Shown here one piece after another: positions 26,487 through 40,249 of a DNA stretch of 64,000 nucleotides. The position numbers and the translations under genes are program-made. A model generated the notes under the pieces. It did no database searches. It was given only the letters and a program-made list of their open reading frames with translations, and had not been told where the DNA came from. Source of the DNA: Eledone cirrhosa (Eukaryota); assembly GCA_964016885.1 (NCBI GenBank), contig OZ024746.1:70122001-70186000 (forward strand), read 5' to 3'. The number at the start of each line of letters is the position of its first letter. Position 1 is the stretch's first letter.

Positions 26487-27567
26487 CATAAATAGATTGA
26501 TAGATAGATAGTTAGATAGATAGATATATGAGCGTTGCTTAGTGGGTAGAGCGTTGGATTCCCAATCGCAAGGTTGTGATTTCGATTCCATTGAGTAAAA
26601 CATTTTATTTTACATTGCTCTAGTTCACTCGGCTACAGAAATGAGTTGCGATGTTACCTGTGCTAAGTTGTATCGGCCCGTGGACTACATTGCTGACGTG
26701 GATAGAGGAGACTGGCAAGCATGGGTGACTGCCGGTCTTCCACAAAACACTTTACCCGGCGGGCATATGGCTCGGAGAGGAACCTTCTAGGTGCAAATCC
26801 CATTGTCATTCGTGGGTCGAGTAGTTAAGGAGTTGGTTTTGCAATCAAGAGCTACTAACTTCGAACCTACAGCGTGGCGTCTCGGGCAAGTGTCATTACC
26901 ACAGCTTCGAGTGACACTTGATGACGTTTGAGAATTACGTTAAGGATACGCATATATGTGGAATACTCAGCCAATTACACGTTAATTTCATGAACAAACT
27001 GTTCCGTTGATTGCAGTACTGAGAGACTCACCATAGAAACCGACGGAAACCATCTTTAGACTCATATCCACCACCACAGAACTAAGGGTTTTTTAGTGGA
27101 GAAACTATTATTGCAAGTCTGACATATATCTCTGAAGACATAGAATTATGTTAAGAGTACACGTGTTTGTGGAATACTCAACCACTTACACGTTAAGTCG
27201 GACGTTCAGTTGATTGAAAGACCGTATGTTCATCGTTGATACCGACGGATAACCCATCATTAGAGCTGAATCATTCATTAAAGCGTTCTATTGACTCAGT
27301 CGAAGTATTGGAAATGGTATAGAGTGTGTCTGGGAATAGATCTGTGGCAATGATCGATCGCCAATTGTAGAAATAGATTTGAGGGGAGATGGAAGGTGGC
27401 TATAGAAAAAAATGTTGCAATTGGTTAGTGATTGTATCGATATGTCAGTAGATATGATTGGTATTTGTGGGGAGTGGGAGCGGGAGTCATAGGGACGGGT
27501 GGGCATATTACTGGATAAAAGCTAGAGACAAATATGGGAGGAGGAAGAAGAAAGAGAAAAAGATAGC

Positions 27568-27635
<68 letters not shown>

Positions 27636-27718
27636 CGCATGTGTGTGTATGTAAAAAGTAAACAGAAATAACAACACAATCGGTACAGTATATAACGCTT
27701 GATATAGCAGGAAGAGGG

Positions 27719-27754
27719 TCTTAACGTTTCGGACGCTAGTCCTTCATCAGAAGA
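27719..27754 (-). ncRNA. Minimal hammerhead ribozyme (family E)
   Basis: Reverse complement TCTT-CTGATGA-A-GGAC-tagc-GTCC-GAAA-CG-TT-AAGA; 4-bp stem I, palindromic AACGTT in place of stem III. Confidence 0.78.
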
Positions 27755-28174
27755 AAGAATGAGAAATAAGATAGATTGAGGGGACGGGCGGGATGGAATT
27801 GGAAAAAAATGTCTTTAGATAAAAATAACAGGTCCATTCAGGTTGACATCTCTTGCAAAACTATTGGTGCTGGAGTTTTGTGTATGATTTGTTTTTTTAG
27901 AAAAGTGGATGATGGAGCGCTTCTACCTGAAATAGAAAAAAAAACCGTTTTGTAAAAAGAGCTATACTTGTGCACAGTAATAATAAATGGGAAGTCTAGT
28001 TTCAGAAGATCTCGTTACGGATGAAAGCAGCGATTCTTTGCTTAAACTTTAATCTGTTCTTATAATATATATATATATATATAAATAAATAAACATAGAA
28101 CAAAAAACAGAAAAACGAAGAGGCAGTACAAATGATATTAGTATTAGTTTCATACACACACTGAATCCATCTTG

Positions 28175-28242
<68 letters not shown>

Positions 28243-28245
<3 letters not shown>

Positions 28246-29520
28246 AAAATGTATGACCCCGACGGCAGAGCTCAAGCCGTTTCGACGGCTATTTCTGGAC
28301 TAAATTAGAATGTTTAGCCTGGTAAATAAATACCCGAACTTTTCAAGGGGTACTCCCTTATATGGGAAGATTGTAGTTGTCAAGAGGATTGGTCAAAATT
28401 TCTTGTAAACACAATTAAGTCTATCATGGCAGTGGGTGGGAGGTGGGGGTGGCTGAACTTGCCTGTAGAGCAATGAGGGAGTGGGTGGAGCCGGTCAAGT
28501 GTTGAAAGTGAAATCTATACAGCAAATTCTAAGGATTGTGTATGAAAGTAGGCCAGAGGAGGTAGGCGAGAAAGGGTTCTGGAGAAAATAGAGGAGGGAC
28601 GTTATAGAATAGGTAAATCAATTGAGATTTGGAGACAATAAAAAATAAGAGAAAGATATATAAAAATATAAAATTGGATAGTAAGAAGTGAAAAAATAAA
28701 AACTGTGGAGTCTAAAACAGCTGCTATATTTAGTTGGTGCTGCTTTTTCGGCCAATGCTATAGAATAGGTTAATAAGTTGAGAATAGAAGATACTAAATA
28801 AGAATTTTTGAAATTATAGAATTGGGTAGTAAAAAATAATACAAAATCTCTGGGGTCTAACACAGCTGCTATGATTAGTTAGTATTGCGTTTTCGGCCAA
28901 GGCTATCTGTAATTTACTGGGGTGGGGGTACTGAGGCTACAGAGGCCCGATGAGCTACCTCGGGTAGGCGAAAGGGGAAAAAAGAAAGAGGAAGAAGATC
29001 GGGAGTGGAAGGAAGTGATAGGAGGAGACAAAAGGAAGAAGAAAACAGAAGAAAAGAAGAGGTACATCTACCTATGTAAGCTGGGGTTTCCGCTATCTTA
29101 TTTGGCAAGTGGGATGTTTCAGCCATTGTCTACCCATCCGGGTCGTTAGGGGGTTTGAGGGCGAGGTAAGTCCTACGCAATCGGTGTTTGCATGCAGTTA
29201 CCAATTCGTCTTTTTGTTTAGGGGTTGGTCCTTCGTAAACGGCATTTGTAATGTTTCCTCCGAGCATAAGTTACACGGACGGCGTCCTCCCGTGTAGGAG
29301 TTAGCTCTGGACAGTAAGCTCCAAGTAAGATTGTATGTTATGTTATTATCTTGGAGGTCCCAGATGTGGCCCGAAAGTGTAGTGGCAAGTCGCCGGACCG
29401 GGTTTCGGAACGTATGTCAGTGTTGGTAGAGCCGGGTGTTAAAGTCACAAGCGGTTAATGCTATATAAGCTTTGTTGGAGGTGTCCGTCCTCACGTTGCA
29501 CTGGTAGATCACAAGATGGA
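28243..29520 (-). mobile_element. Penelope-like element 3' part (GIY-YIG C-terminal region, 3' UTR, terminal HHR-like motif) ending at (TA)n
   Basis: Minus translation FNTRLYQH..TFRNPVRRLATTLSGHIWDLQDNNITYNLTWSLLSRANSYTGGRRPCNLCSEE is homologous to ORF 36632-37219. Confidence 0.8.
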
Positions 29521-30018
29521 TTCAGTTTCAAACTGGTTAGACCATTACTCACCAAAGTACTCGATACGTGGGGTAGTAGAGTATGGTTATATTATAAAGA
29601 GTCGGAATCCCGAAGGCTATGCACTTGCTGTTTCAACAGCTAGTTGTTGAAACTAGGCACTTATTTGGGATGAAAATCTCAGAGAGGCACGTTACTGAAC
29701 ATTAAAGAATCAAAGTTTTATACAAATTTCTATAATTGACTTCAATACATAATTTCTAGAATCAATAAATAAATAAATAAAAATGTTATTGCTACCCCAA
29801 ATGGGCGGAGCCAGTGTTATGATTTGAAACAAGATTTGGTGTGGGTTAGTGTAGACAGCGAGCACACATTGTAGGATTAGACTATCGCACTAAATACCCA
29901 GGTGAGAGCTCTACCTATATTTTACCTGCATCCTCCGCTCGCATTACACAATCGTACTGTTGCGCAAAAGTGACATAAAGTCAAAGACCAGCATCTGTGT
30001 TATCTCTAGCCTTAATCG

Positions 30019-30049
<31 letters not shown>

Positions 30050-30081
30050 CAGCAGCAGCAGAGCAGCAGCAGTAGCAGCAC

Positions 30082-30120
<39 letters not shown>

Positions 30121-30176
30121 CAGCAGCAGCAGCAGCAGCAGCAGAGCAGCAGCAGCAGTAGCAGTAGCAGCACTAC

Positions 30177-30212
<36 letters not shown>

Positions 30213-30267
30213 CAGCAGCAGCAGCAGCAGCAGTAGCAGTAGCAGCAGCAGTAGCAGTAGCAGCACC

Positions 30268-30314
<47 letters not shown>

Positions 30315-30351
30315 CAGCAGCAGCAGCAGCAGCAGTAGCAGTAGCAGCACC

Positions 30352-30382
<31 letters not shown>
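30019..30382. repeat. (GTA)n/(GCA)n compound microsatellite
   Basis: Visible directly. Confidence 0.9.
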
Positions 30383-30521
30383 ACTGCAGTGAAAAGTAAG
30401 CTAAACTGTAGGTCTCCGTGTGCAAGTTGGGTATATCATGAAGTAAATGTGTCTGACAAGGTATATCAGTGTAGATATGTGCTTGTAGCTGTCTACGCGC
30501 GTGTGTGTGCGCGCATGTATC

Positions 30522-30575
<54 letters not shown>

Positions 30576-30610
30576 TGTATCCGTGTGTGAGCGTGTGAGT
30601 ACATGCATGC

Positions 30611-30650
<40 letters not shown>

Positions 30651-31228
30651 AAGCGTGTGTGAATGCAGGTGTGGCTGTGCATGCGTGGGTACAGGTGTGT
30701 GTGTGTGTACATGTGTGTGTATGTGTATGTGTATGTATGTGAAATCTCACTTCTACCTTAGTTTTAAGAAACAAAAAATTAACAACAACAACAACAGCAA
30801 CAACAAATCATTTGTACTATTAATGGTATTACTAAAAGTATACGGAAAGGCTTTTGCTAATGGATTCTTTAATACTAGAGATATATAGAGAAAAGTATGG
30901 GAATGATATTTTTCGTAAGAATTATCTGATATCAAAGAGATAAAGGTTGTATGGCCACCCCTCCTCCACCCACTCCTGTATACAGGGACTTTACACTCTG
31001 AGAGAATTAAAAAGAAAAAAGGAAAACAAAAAGAAAAAAAAAGAAAAACGAAATAAGATACAATAGTGAGTATGATAAAAGAATACACACAGACACGCGC
31101 GCACGCACACACACACAGAGACATGCACACGCGCGCGCACACACACATACACGCGAACACGCACGCACACACACACACACACACGGTCGCGCGCGCACCC
31201 ACCCATACATATATATATATATATATAT

Positions 31229-31278
<50 letters not shown>

Positions 31279-31287
31279 TATATATAT

Positions 31288-31391
<104 letters not shown>

Positions 31392-31409
31392 TATATATAT
31401 TTATACACA

Positions 31410-31490
<81 letters not shown>

Positions 31491-31505
31491 TATATATATA
31501 TATAT

Positions 31506-31567
<62 letters not shown>

Positions 31568-31603
31568 TATATATATATATATATAAATATATATACAGTA
31601 TAT

Positions 31604-31669
<66 letters not shown>

Positions 31670-31865
31670 TATATATATATATATATATATAAGGGGAACT
31701 CTGAAACAAAGGATACACATTGAATTTCTTCCAAGTTGAGATAACTGCCTCACAGAAAAATATTTGATTTATTGTGAGAGAACATTCTCCATTTCCAGAT
31801 ATTACTTGATAGATTTTTGTGATGTCGAAAAAAAATAGAAAACGTCTGTAAAAATAAGTTATTAG

Positions 31866-31947
<82 letters not shown>

Positions 31948-31950
<3 letters not shown>

Positions 31951-32640
31951 TAATATAGAAAAGCTTCTACGGGACTAGAACTAGTACTGTTTTATTCATG
32001 CGAAATCATCAGGAAGCTGACTGTCCAGGTAAATATGATGGTATTTATATCTTTTCTGGTGGTAGGAGAGAGTGGGGATTGGGATGGGTGGAGGTCATTG
32101 GTTGATGGGTTTAAAGAAGAGGGAATTCTTTAAAAGCTAATTCTTTAAAGTGACAAAGGCAGAAAGAATACTATAAACTAGTTCAGATTGGAGGACCACT
32201 CATTATTTTTAAGTTTCTCAGGGCGGTGGATTGGCAGTATCGGTAGAGGGTCGGATGCCATGCTTTGACGTATAGAGTTACGGCCCTTGCCATTCTGAGT
32301 TCAATTCCCGCCGAGGTTAACTTTGCCTTCCATCCTTACGGGGTCGATAAAATAAAGTACCAGTAATGCTCTGGGTAATTTGCTGGCCTTGTGCCTAAAG
32401 TAGAAACAATTATTTTTAAGTTTCTCTTAAGCTAACAATGACTATATTTCAGGTGTCTACAGGATGGGTGGAGGTCTATGCTTGATGGGTTTAAAGAAAG
32501 GGGAATTCTTTAAAAGCTAATTATTTAAAGCTGTATTTAGAGTGACAAAGGCAGAAAGAAATCTATAAGCAGGTTCAAGTTTGGGGTGCCTCTCCTTATT
32601 GTTAAGTTTCTCTTAATCTATTTTTCAGGTGTCTACAAGC
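31948..32640 (-). mobile_element. Family D-related PLE terminal fragment with a mutated HHR (31961-32018), an internal duplication and a SINE insertion
   Basis: Reverse complement AGCTTC-CTGATGA-TTTCGCATGAAT-AAAA...GTA-GAAGCT; 32082-32220 is repeated at 32462-32612. Confidence 0.6.
32221..32412 (+). mobile_element. SINE S1 with TSD
   Basis: Full-length copy; TTATTTTTAAGTTTCTC duplicated on both sides. Confidence 0.9.
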
Positions 32641-32815
32641 AACACACATACACACATACACACATATACATATACACACACACATATATATATATGTACA
32701 CATATACATATATATATATATATATATATACACAGACACACATACACACATATATACATATATATATACATATATACACACACGCACGCACACATATACA
32801 TATATATATATATAT

Positions 32816-33354
32816 ACGTAGTTAAGAAAGCCACAACAATGCAGAGGGAAATCTCGAGGTAGGAAGTGAAAGATAGGTAGGAAAAACAGGTGAAAGTGAA
32901 AATTGAGAGAGAGACAAAGATGAAAACAAAACAAAGGTAGAAGGGTTACCGTAGTGGAGATTTAATCCCAATATTTCGGGCTCACGCCCATCAACGGGGG
33001 AAAGTTCCAAAAGGGGGGGAACAGGCCAAGCGGAGAAAGTTGTGATGTCGTTAAGACAGGAATATGTCTTAACGACATCACAACTTTCTCCGCTTGGCCT
33101 GTTCCCCCCCCCCCCCTTTTGGAACTTTCCCCCGTTGATGGGCGTGAGCCCGAAATATTGGGATTAAATCTCCACTACGGTAACCCTTCTACCTTTGTTT
33201 TGTTTTCATCTTTGTCTCTCTCTCAATTTTCACTTTCACCTGTTTTTCCTACCTATCTTTCACTTCCTACCTCGAGATTTCCCTCTGCATTGTTGTGGCT
33301 TTCTTAACTACGTATTTTACACATTTCACAATGCTTCAAGCAAACTTTAACACC

Positions 33355-33358
<4 letters not shown>
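32816..33358 (+). mobile_element. About 500-bp near-perfect palindromic element plus tail between (TA)n
   Basis: 32816-33058 is the reverse complement of 33065-33313 (mirror ORFs 32822-33010 and 33119-33307 are identical); HHR-like motif at 33128-33163. Confidence 0.85.
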
Positions 33359-33432
<74 letters not shown>

Positions 33433-33465
33433 CACACATACATATATACACATATATATATATAT

Positions 33466-33700
33466 ATATTAATAAAAGGAATTCCAACTTTGTCTGATTT
33501 CAACAGTTGAAAATTGCAAACTTGACTGTCACCACACATTATGAACCTGAAGATTGCGAAAGCATGAAAGTACTTGTTCAATTAACACTTAACATTTAAT
33601 ATTCTATCATACTATTTCATTATAATACCATTATAAATTTTAAAGGATTGTAAATAAAACGAGTAAATCAGACAAAGTTGGAATTCCTTTTATTAATATA
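33466..33700 (+). mobile_element. Short element with about 35-bp terminal inverted repeats and an internal HHR (family G)
   Basis: ATTAATAAAAGGAATTCCAACTTTGTCTGATTT ... AAATCAGACAAAGTTGGAATTCCTTTTATTAAT; second copy at 63570-63813. Confidence 0.8.
33542..33580 (+). ncRNA. Minimal type I hammerhead ribozyme (family G)
   Basis: TGAAC-CTGAAGA-T-TGC-gaaa-GCA-T-GAAA-GTAC-TT-GTTCA: 5-bp stem I, GNRA loop II, palindromic GTAC, CUU site. Confidence 0.8.
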
Positions 33701-33757
33701 ATCTTCTATACACAATCATACACACCCGTGTATATTTATCTATCTATATATCTCTCG

Positions 33758-34683
<926 letters not shown>

Positions 34684-34712
34684 AAAAAACCACACTCTTA
34701 TACCCATATATG

Positions 34713-34846
<134 letters not shown>

Positions 34847-34975
34847 CATACACATACATATACATACATATATACATATATATACACATATACATACATA
34901 TACACATATATACATATATATATATATATACATACATATACATATATACATATATATATATACATATACATATAC

Positions 34976-35019
<44 letters not shown>

Positions 35020-35370
35020 TATATATAAACATTACACATATATACTTACATATACACATACACATACACATATATATACATATATATATATACATACACA
35101 CACATATATATATGTATATATATGTATATGTGTGTGCGTGTATGTATATATATATATATATGTATATATATATGTGTATGTGTATATGTAAGTATGTATG
35201 TGTAATGTTTATATATATATATGTGTGTATATGTATATATATATATGTTGTGTATATGTATGTATATATATATATATGTATATATACTTATATATATATA
35301 TACAATGATATTAAATAAATGGAAACTATATTTATAAAACCATATATACATATATATATATACACACACA

Positions 35371-35423
<53 letters not shown>

Positions 35424-35426
35424 CTT

Positions 35427-35461
<35 letters not shown>

Positions 35462-35464
35462 GTA

Positions 35465-38109
35465 TGTATATACGGGATAACAGATTATTACATATAGGTA
35501 GTCCACTTAGGTGTAGTCCAGTTAGGGTACTCCGAATAGTCGATGATATCAACGCTTGGCTAAGTTTGACTCAACAAGGCGTTTCCATAGTGATGCTGCG
35601 AGTACGGGGTGATTTCTATGTTGTTAACACTTGGAGTAATGATAAATCAAGAAAGAAGAGTGACACGGTTTGCTATACAAAAAAGGCTTTTAATCTCATT
35701 GCTGACAATTGTTCTCTGAACTGGTAGGTCTAGAGATCGCTACCCGCTTGTTTTCGCGTCATTCGATCACCAATACATAGTTGTAACCAGTCAATTCATC
35801 AGAGCTTGTGAGAATGAAAGGAATATACAGACATGGCTTCTATATATAGTAATGGCATTCAATCATAACAATAACAACAATACTACAATGCTAGCAATAA
35901 ATTATTTGAAATAATCACATCAATCTAAGTAAGAAACATACTATATCTACGACTTTATCGTGTAAAACTAGCTGACATGAGGCAGATGTATGAAATTGAC
36001 ATGTAAAAGCTGTCATGGGGTGTATTATATATAGTGTAGAGATAAGCCGGTGGCTTTAAACAATGTACCATTTCCTTTACTGTAGGTCTGGTGACCGTAA
36101 GAATTATTTATTATCTGACAGATGAAATATTTATCATTGTAGTGAGGATAGTAATATTTGTGGTGTGAGGTGGGTTCAATATTTATGTGGTTTATATTAG
36201 ATGAAGGGATTGTTAGTTCGAATCATGGGCTTGTTTAGCTTTAACATCATCAATAACATACATGTATAAGATAACATTAACAGAGTAGCAATATAATAGG
36301 TAAGTTAATACAGAGGTTAAGGAGGCAATATATATATATATATAAAGAGAAAACATGCTGACTACAATTATAACAGGAGGAAGGTGATGTTTTACTGTAG
36401 TAGTATTCTGAAATGTTCTTGGATTTAGGTTCATTTGTTGAGAGTCAAGGGTGAGGAAGTTGTGTTAACAGCAGCTGAGAAGGGATATATTTATGGGTTG
36501 ATGAGATACTTGCAGACATTACTGTGGTATAGAATTAAGAGGCTAGAATTTACTTAATGATTATAGTTCTGTGGTGGTCCGTCTAATATTGTGGATATCA
36601 TATGTTGAATTCTAAGTTATGTCGGTTCGATTCACGGAGGCTTAAATCTTGTGAATTTAGTGACGTTCCTGTGTCTGCAGAAAATTGATCTTTCTAACTT
36701 GTTGTTGAGTAGCCTTTTTACATTCCTAAGGATATATAGTAATTCTAGATCACAGAGCCTACAGTAGGACATACCGGTACTGTAAGCCCTTGAGGCCGAC
36801 AATCTCGACCAGTTGATATTGTAGTTGGTGTTATTGTCCTTAAGTTCCCAGATTTTTTTGGCGAGGGTTGTAGAACCCATAAGTGCACGGTTCTTCATCG
36901 AGTGTCTGTGCACATACCATCTTTTTTTTAAAGTACCCGCGGTGGATCCAATGTAATGCCAAGTGGAGTTGCCCGAATTGACCGTACACATGTACACTAG
37001 GCTCGAATCAAGGCATCTATTCACCAATGGGCACCTTGGTAGGTGACAGTTGCAGTTAGAGGTGTTATTCCGTGCAGCTTCCACACTGCTGTTTTGTACA
37101 CTGCTATAAGTGGGTTGAGATTCATGCCCGTTGAGGTTTTGCTGCTGCGTGCTTGTATGCGTTTGCGGTTGTGATACTGTGATGTGTTTATGTTTATAAT
37201 TTGGTGCTATGTAGTGCATAGGTGGGGCGGGTTCCCTAGAGGTATTTCTGTGGTTGATCTTGCGTATGTGTGATTCTATATTTGCAGCCGTAGATTATGA
37301 GAGTTTTATAGTTTTTCTATTGAGTATTTTATGATATCTGTGTGATATAGGGAAGTGTTTATCTATTAGTTTAAAGAACGTAGAAGGCAGTCTAGTTTTT
37401 ACAGTGGAGTTGAAGATTGGATTGAACCACAGGTATTTTCTTTCTCTGATTCTTCTATTGTTTCTAGGGTTTACATTATTGGTGTTTGAACCACTTACTC
37501 TAGATGCTACGTGCCTAACTCTATGTCTAGTTCTGTTACCTCTATTTTTGTGTGAGCGGTTGGTGTCATTGTTAGTAGGTTTGTTTAAGTTGTCTTTATT
37601 CGTTATAAACTGCAGCTTATCTTTATGTCCGGCCCTATGTAATGCCGCGGTATAATAATTAGCATGTTCATTAAACATTTCTAGGTTTGAGGATAAGCGG
37701 GATATTCTAAGGGATATACTACGTGCTATGGATCTGATTATGGATCTGGGGTGGTTTGAATTATAACTAATGTAGGCCAGATTCTCATTATTTTTGTGGA
37801 AGGGTTCTATTAATCCCGTATTTAGATTTAGAGTCACATCTAGAAAGTTTACCTTTTTATGGTTCAGTTGGTAGGTAATACTTAGGCCTAGTTTTTTTAA
37901 GAATGTTCTAATGTTTTTCTTAATCTTTCCATGCTCTGGTTGTTTAAGTTCCTAGCTATAAGGAGCGTGTCGTCTCTATAAATCCCTCCTTGGAGGTTAC
38001 TGAATTCCTTATGTAGGTTGTGTGCTATAAATAGCCCCACGATGTCAGTGATTTGCGCAGAGTCATTTGATCCCATTGTGATATCGAAGCTGTTTATCCT
38101 ATCACCCAG

Positions 38110-38110
<1 letters not shown>
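35465..38110 (-). mobile_element. 5'-truncated Penelope-like element (RT + thumb + CxC linker + GIY-YIG), Hydra-clade-like, between (TA)n
   Basis: ITMGS..SAQI.D.VGL...IYRDD (37897-38112); FLDVTL, SNHP (37295-37850); CNC..CPL..C, LVY, YIGST, KRW, CRLC (36632-37219); frameshifted. Confidence 0.9.
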
Positions 38111-38159
<49 letters not shown>

Positions 38160-38161
<2 letters not shown>

Positions 38162-40075
38162 GTTCGAAAAAGATTGTTTTGGTAAAAACAGGAGTAAGCA
38201 GGAGAAAGCTCTGAACAATCTTTGTTTTTAGTTACGATGGAGAATTTTATAAAAATAACAAAATAAGATGGTGAGGTTACATATATCGTTTAATCATAAT
38301 AATTATTTCCACGGTTCTCCGTGCAATCGAGATGTCCTTCATGCATTTGCTGTTAACTATGAGAACGGTGTCCTCATGAAAATCGATATATTTGATATGT
38401 CGCTGGTAGGAAAACACACGTCCTAATGCCTGTTTGCCCAGCATATATATGAGTTCCTTGAAGGGTTTGCCAGCCGTCGTGTTTGCTAGAAAAAGCTATC
38501 AACGAAAAAAGACGAAAGGAACGAAGAACTGTATGCAGCCAAAACCCAATAGACAGTTGGAGCAATAAATGGCGTTCTGATGTGGGGGGGGGGGTATATA
38601 TTTTGTAGACAACCACATATAGACAAGAACAACAACAACAGCAACAACGACCAATGTTGTCCACACTGGTCACAATAGTCGTGGTGATACCACCACACTA
38701 TTGACAACAACAACTAAAGCAACAGCTACAGTAAAACACTTACAACGACAACATCAACAAACGACAACAGCAGCAAAAACACAGACCAGCGTCGTGTATA
38801 CAGGTCGTAGTCGTCGCAGTGACGGTACCACCCTGTCAACAATAAACAGTGATAACGCCAAAGCAATAAAAAGGAGTTCAGAGGTAGGTGGGTACACAGA
38901 GTTGGTGGTATCAATCACCATGACCATAAATAGCAACAACAACAATGGTAACGGCAACAAGCACCAGCACCGCCCATCACCCACCACGTTCGTCGCAGTA
39001 GTGGTGGTATCATCCATGTCAGTATTAAGCCATTGGTAACACCACCACCACCAACAACAACAACAACACCTGTGATGACCCCACCACGGCGACGGCGGCA
39101 ACAGGAAAAAGCGACGCTTCCATGAAAAATAAACTAACCACAATAGTAGTCCGTTGAAACAAGGAAGTGAAAATGGGATAGAAACATAGATGGGTATTTA
39201 TATATATAAACAAATACATTCCCAGTTAATACAATCCTCGTTATCATTGTAAGGCACAAGGCTAGCAATAATCATAACATTCAGTCCCAACTACAGTGGC
39301 AACAATACTACTAAAAGGGCTGTTAGGACATGGAAGAGAGTTACGGGAAGCGAAAGTAGGGACAGGAGCAAGTAGATAAGAAACGAGAACACATAGAGAA
39401 CACAATAATAAAAGAACGGGACAAAAATACATAAAAAAACAACAGTAGGTATATAAACAGAGGAATAAGGAACAAAGAACAAGAAACCTGTACACATAGA
39501 GACTCCAGGTGTGCAAACAAGATATCCAAGGTTCGCCTGACGCTGGGGTTGCTGCGTGGCCATGCCCGGATTCCACGGACAAGTTTTCAATAGTCTTCAA
39601 CTAGCACCACTACGTTGTTAGTCCGTACAGTTTGAGGAAGGTTCCAGAAGATCCGTGGAGGCAGGTGCTGAAGAGGTTACTCCTTTTATTGTTAACTTGA
39701 GCTCCCCTCTCGATTATTTCCATAATCTCGGTGACACACAAATCGCACGAGTCATGTCCACCCCCTCTGTAGGGTTGGGCTGAGGCTACCTTGGACGACG
39801 ACTAGGTGAATTCTACGTTATCATGTTTGAGACGCCACACTAGTTCTGAGAGGGCGGCGATGTGTTTCTTATCAACCCTCTTAAAGGTGTGGCAGTGATT
39901 GTTCCTTAAATTTATTAGCTGTGGCTCCGATATAGGTGAAGGTTGTTGGTATTCACCCCACATTCATATACTAAGCCCCTGCCGAGGCACCTACCCTCCA
40001 GGGAGCAGTTACTGGGGTTTCTACAATTACAGCCCGGAGGGGTGTTGCCGCCCGGATCTCCGGATCGTGTTGTAT
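38160..40075 (-). mobile_element. Second PLE: decayed GIY-YIG fragment (about 39600-40075) with probable long 3' region
   Basis: GCNCRNPSNCSLEGRCLGRGLVYEC..., then YIG, H.F and LSELVWRLK-like motifs. The extent of the 3' region is inferred from the (TA)n boundary. Confidence 0.65.
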
Positions 40076-40076
40076 G

Positions 40077-40119
<43 letters not shown>

Positions 40120-40249
40120 TTACATTTATATACAAACACGTACACATACATATATACACATACATAATCATAATCATATACATAGGTATACATAAGCAGA
40201 TACACACATACATATATACACATACATTATATACATGCATTCAAAGAAG

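Noticed and set aside
35715-35812. Minus-strand CTGATGA...GAAAAC at the PLE 3' end (and ATGAGGA...GAAA at about 38300-38382)
   Set aside because: The position fits a PLE ribozyme, but I could not build a convincing stem I by eye.
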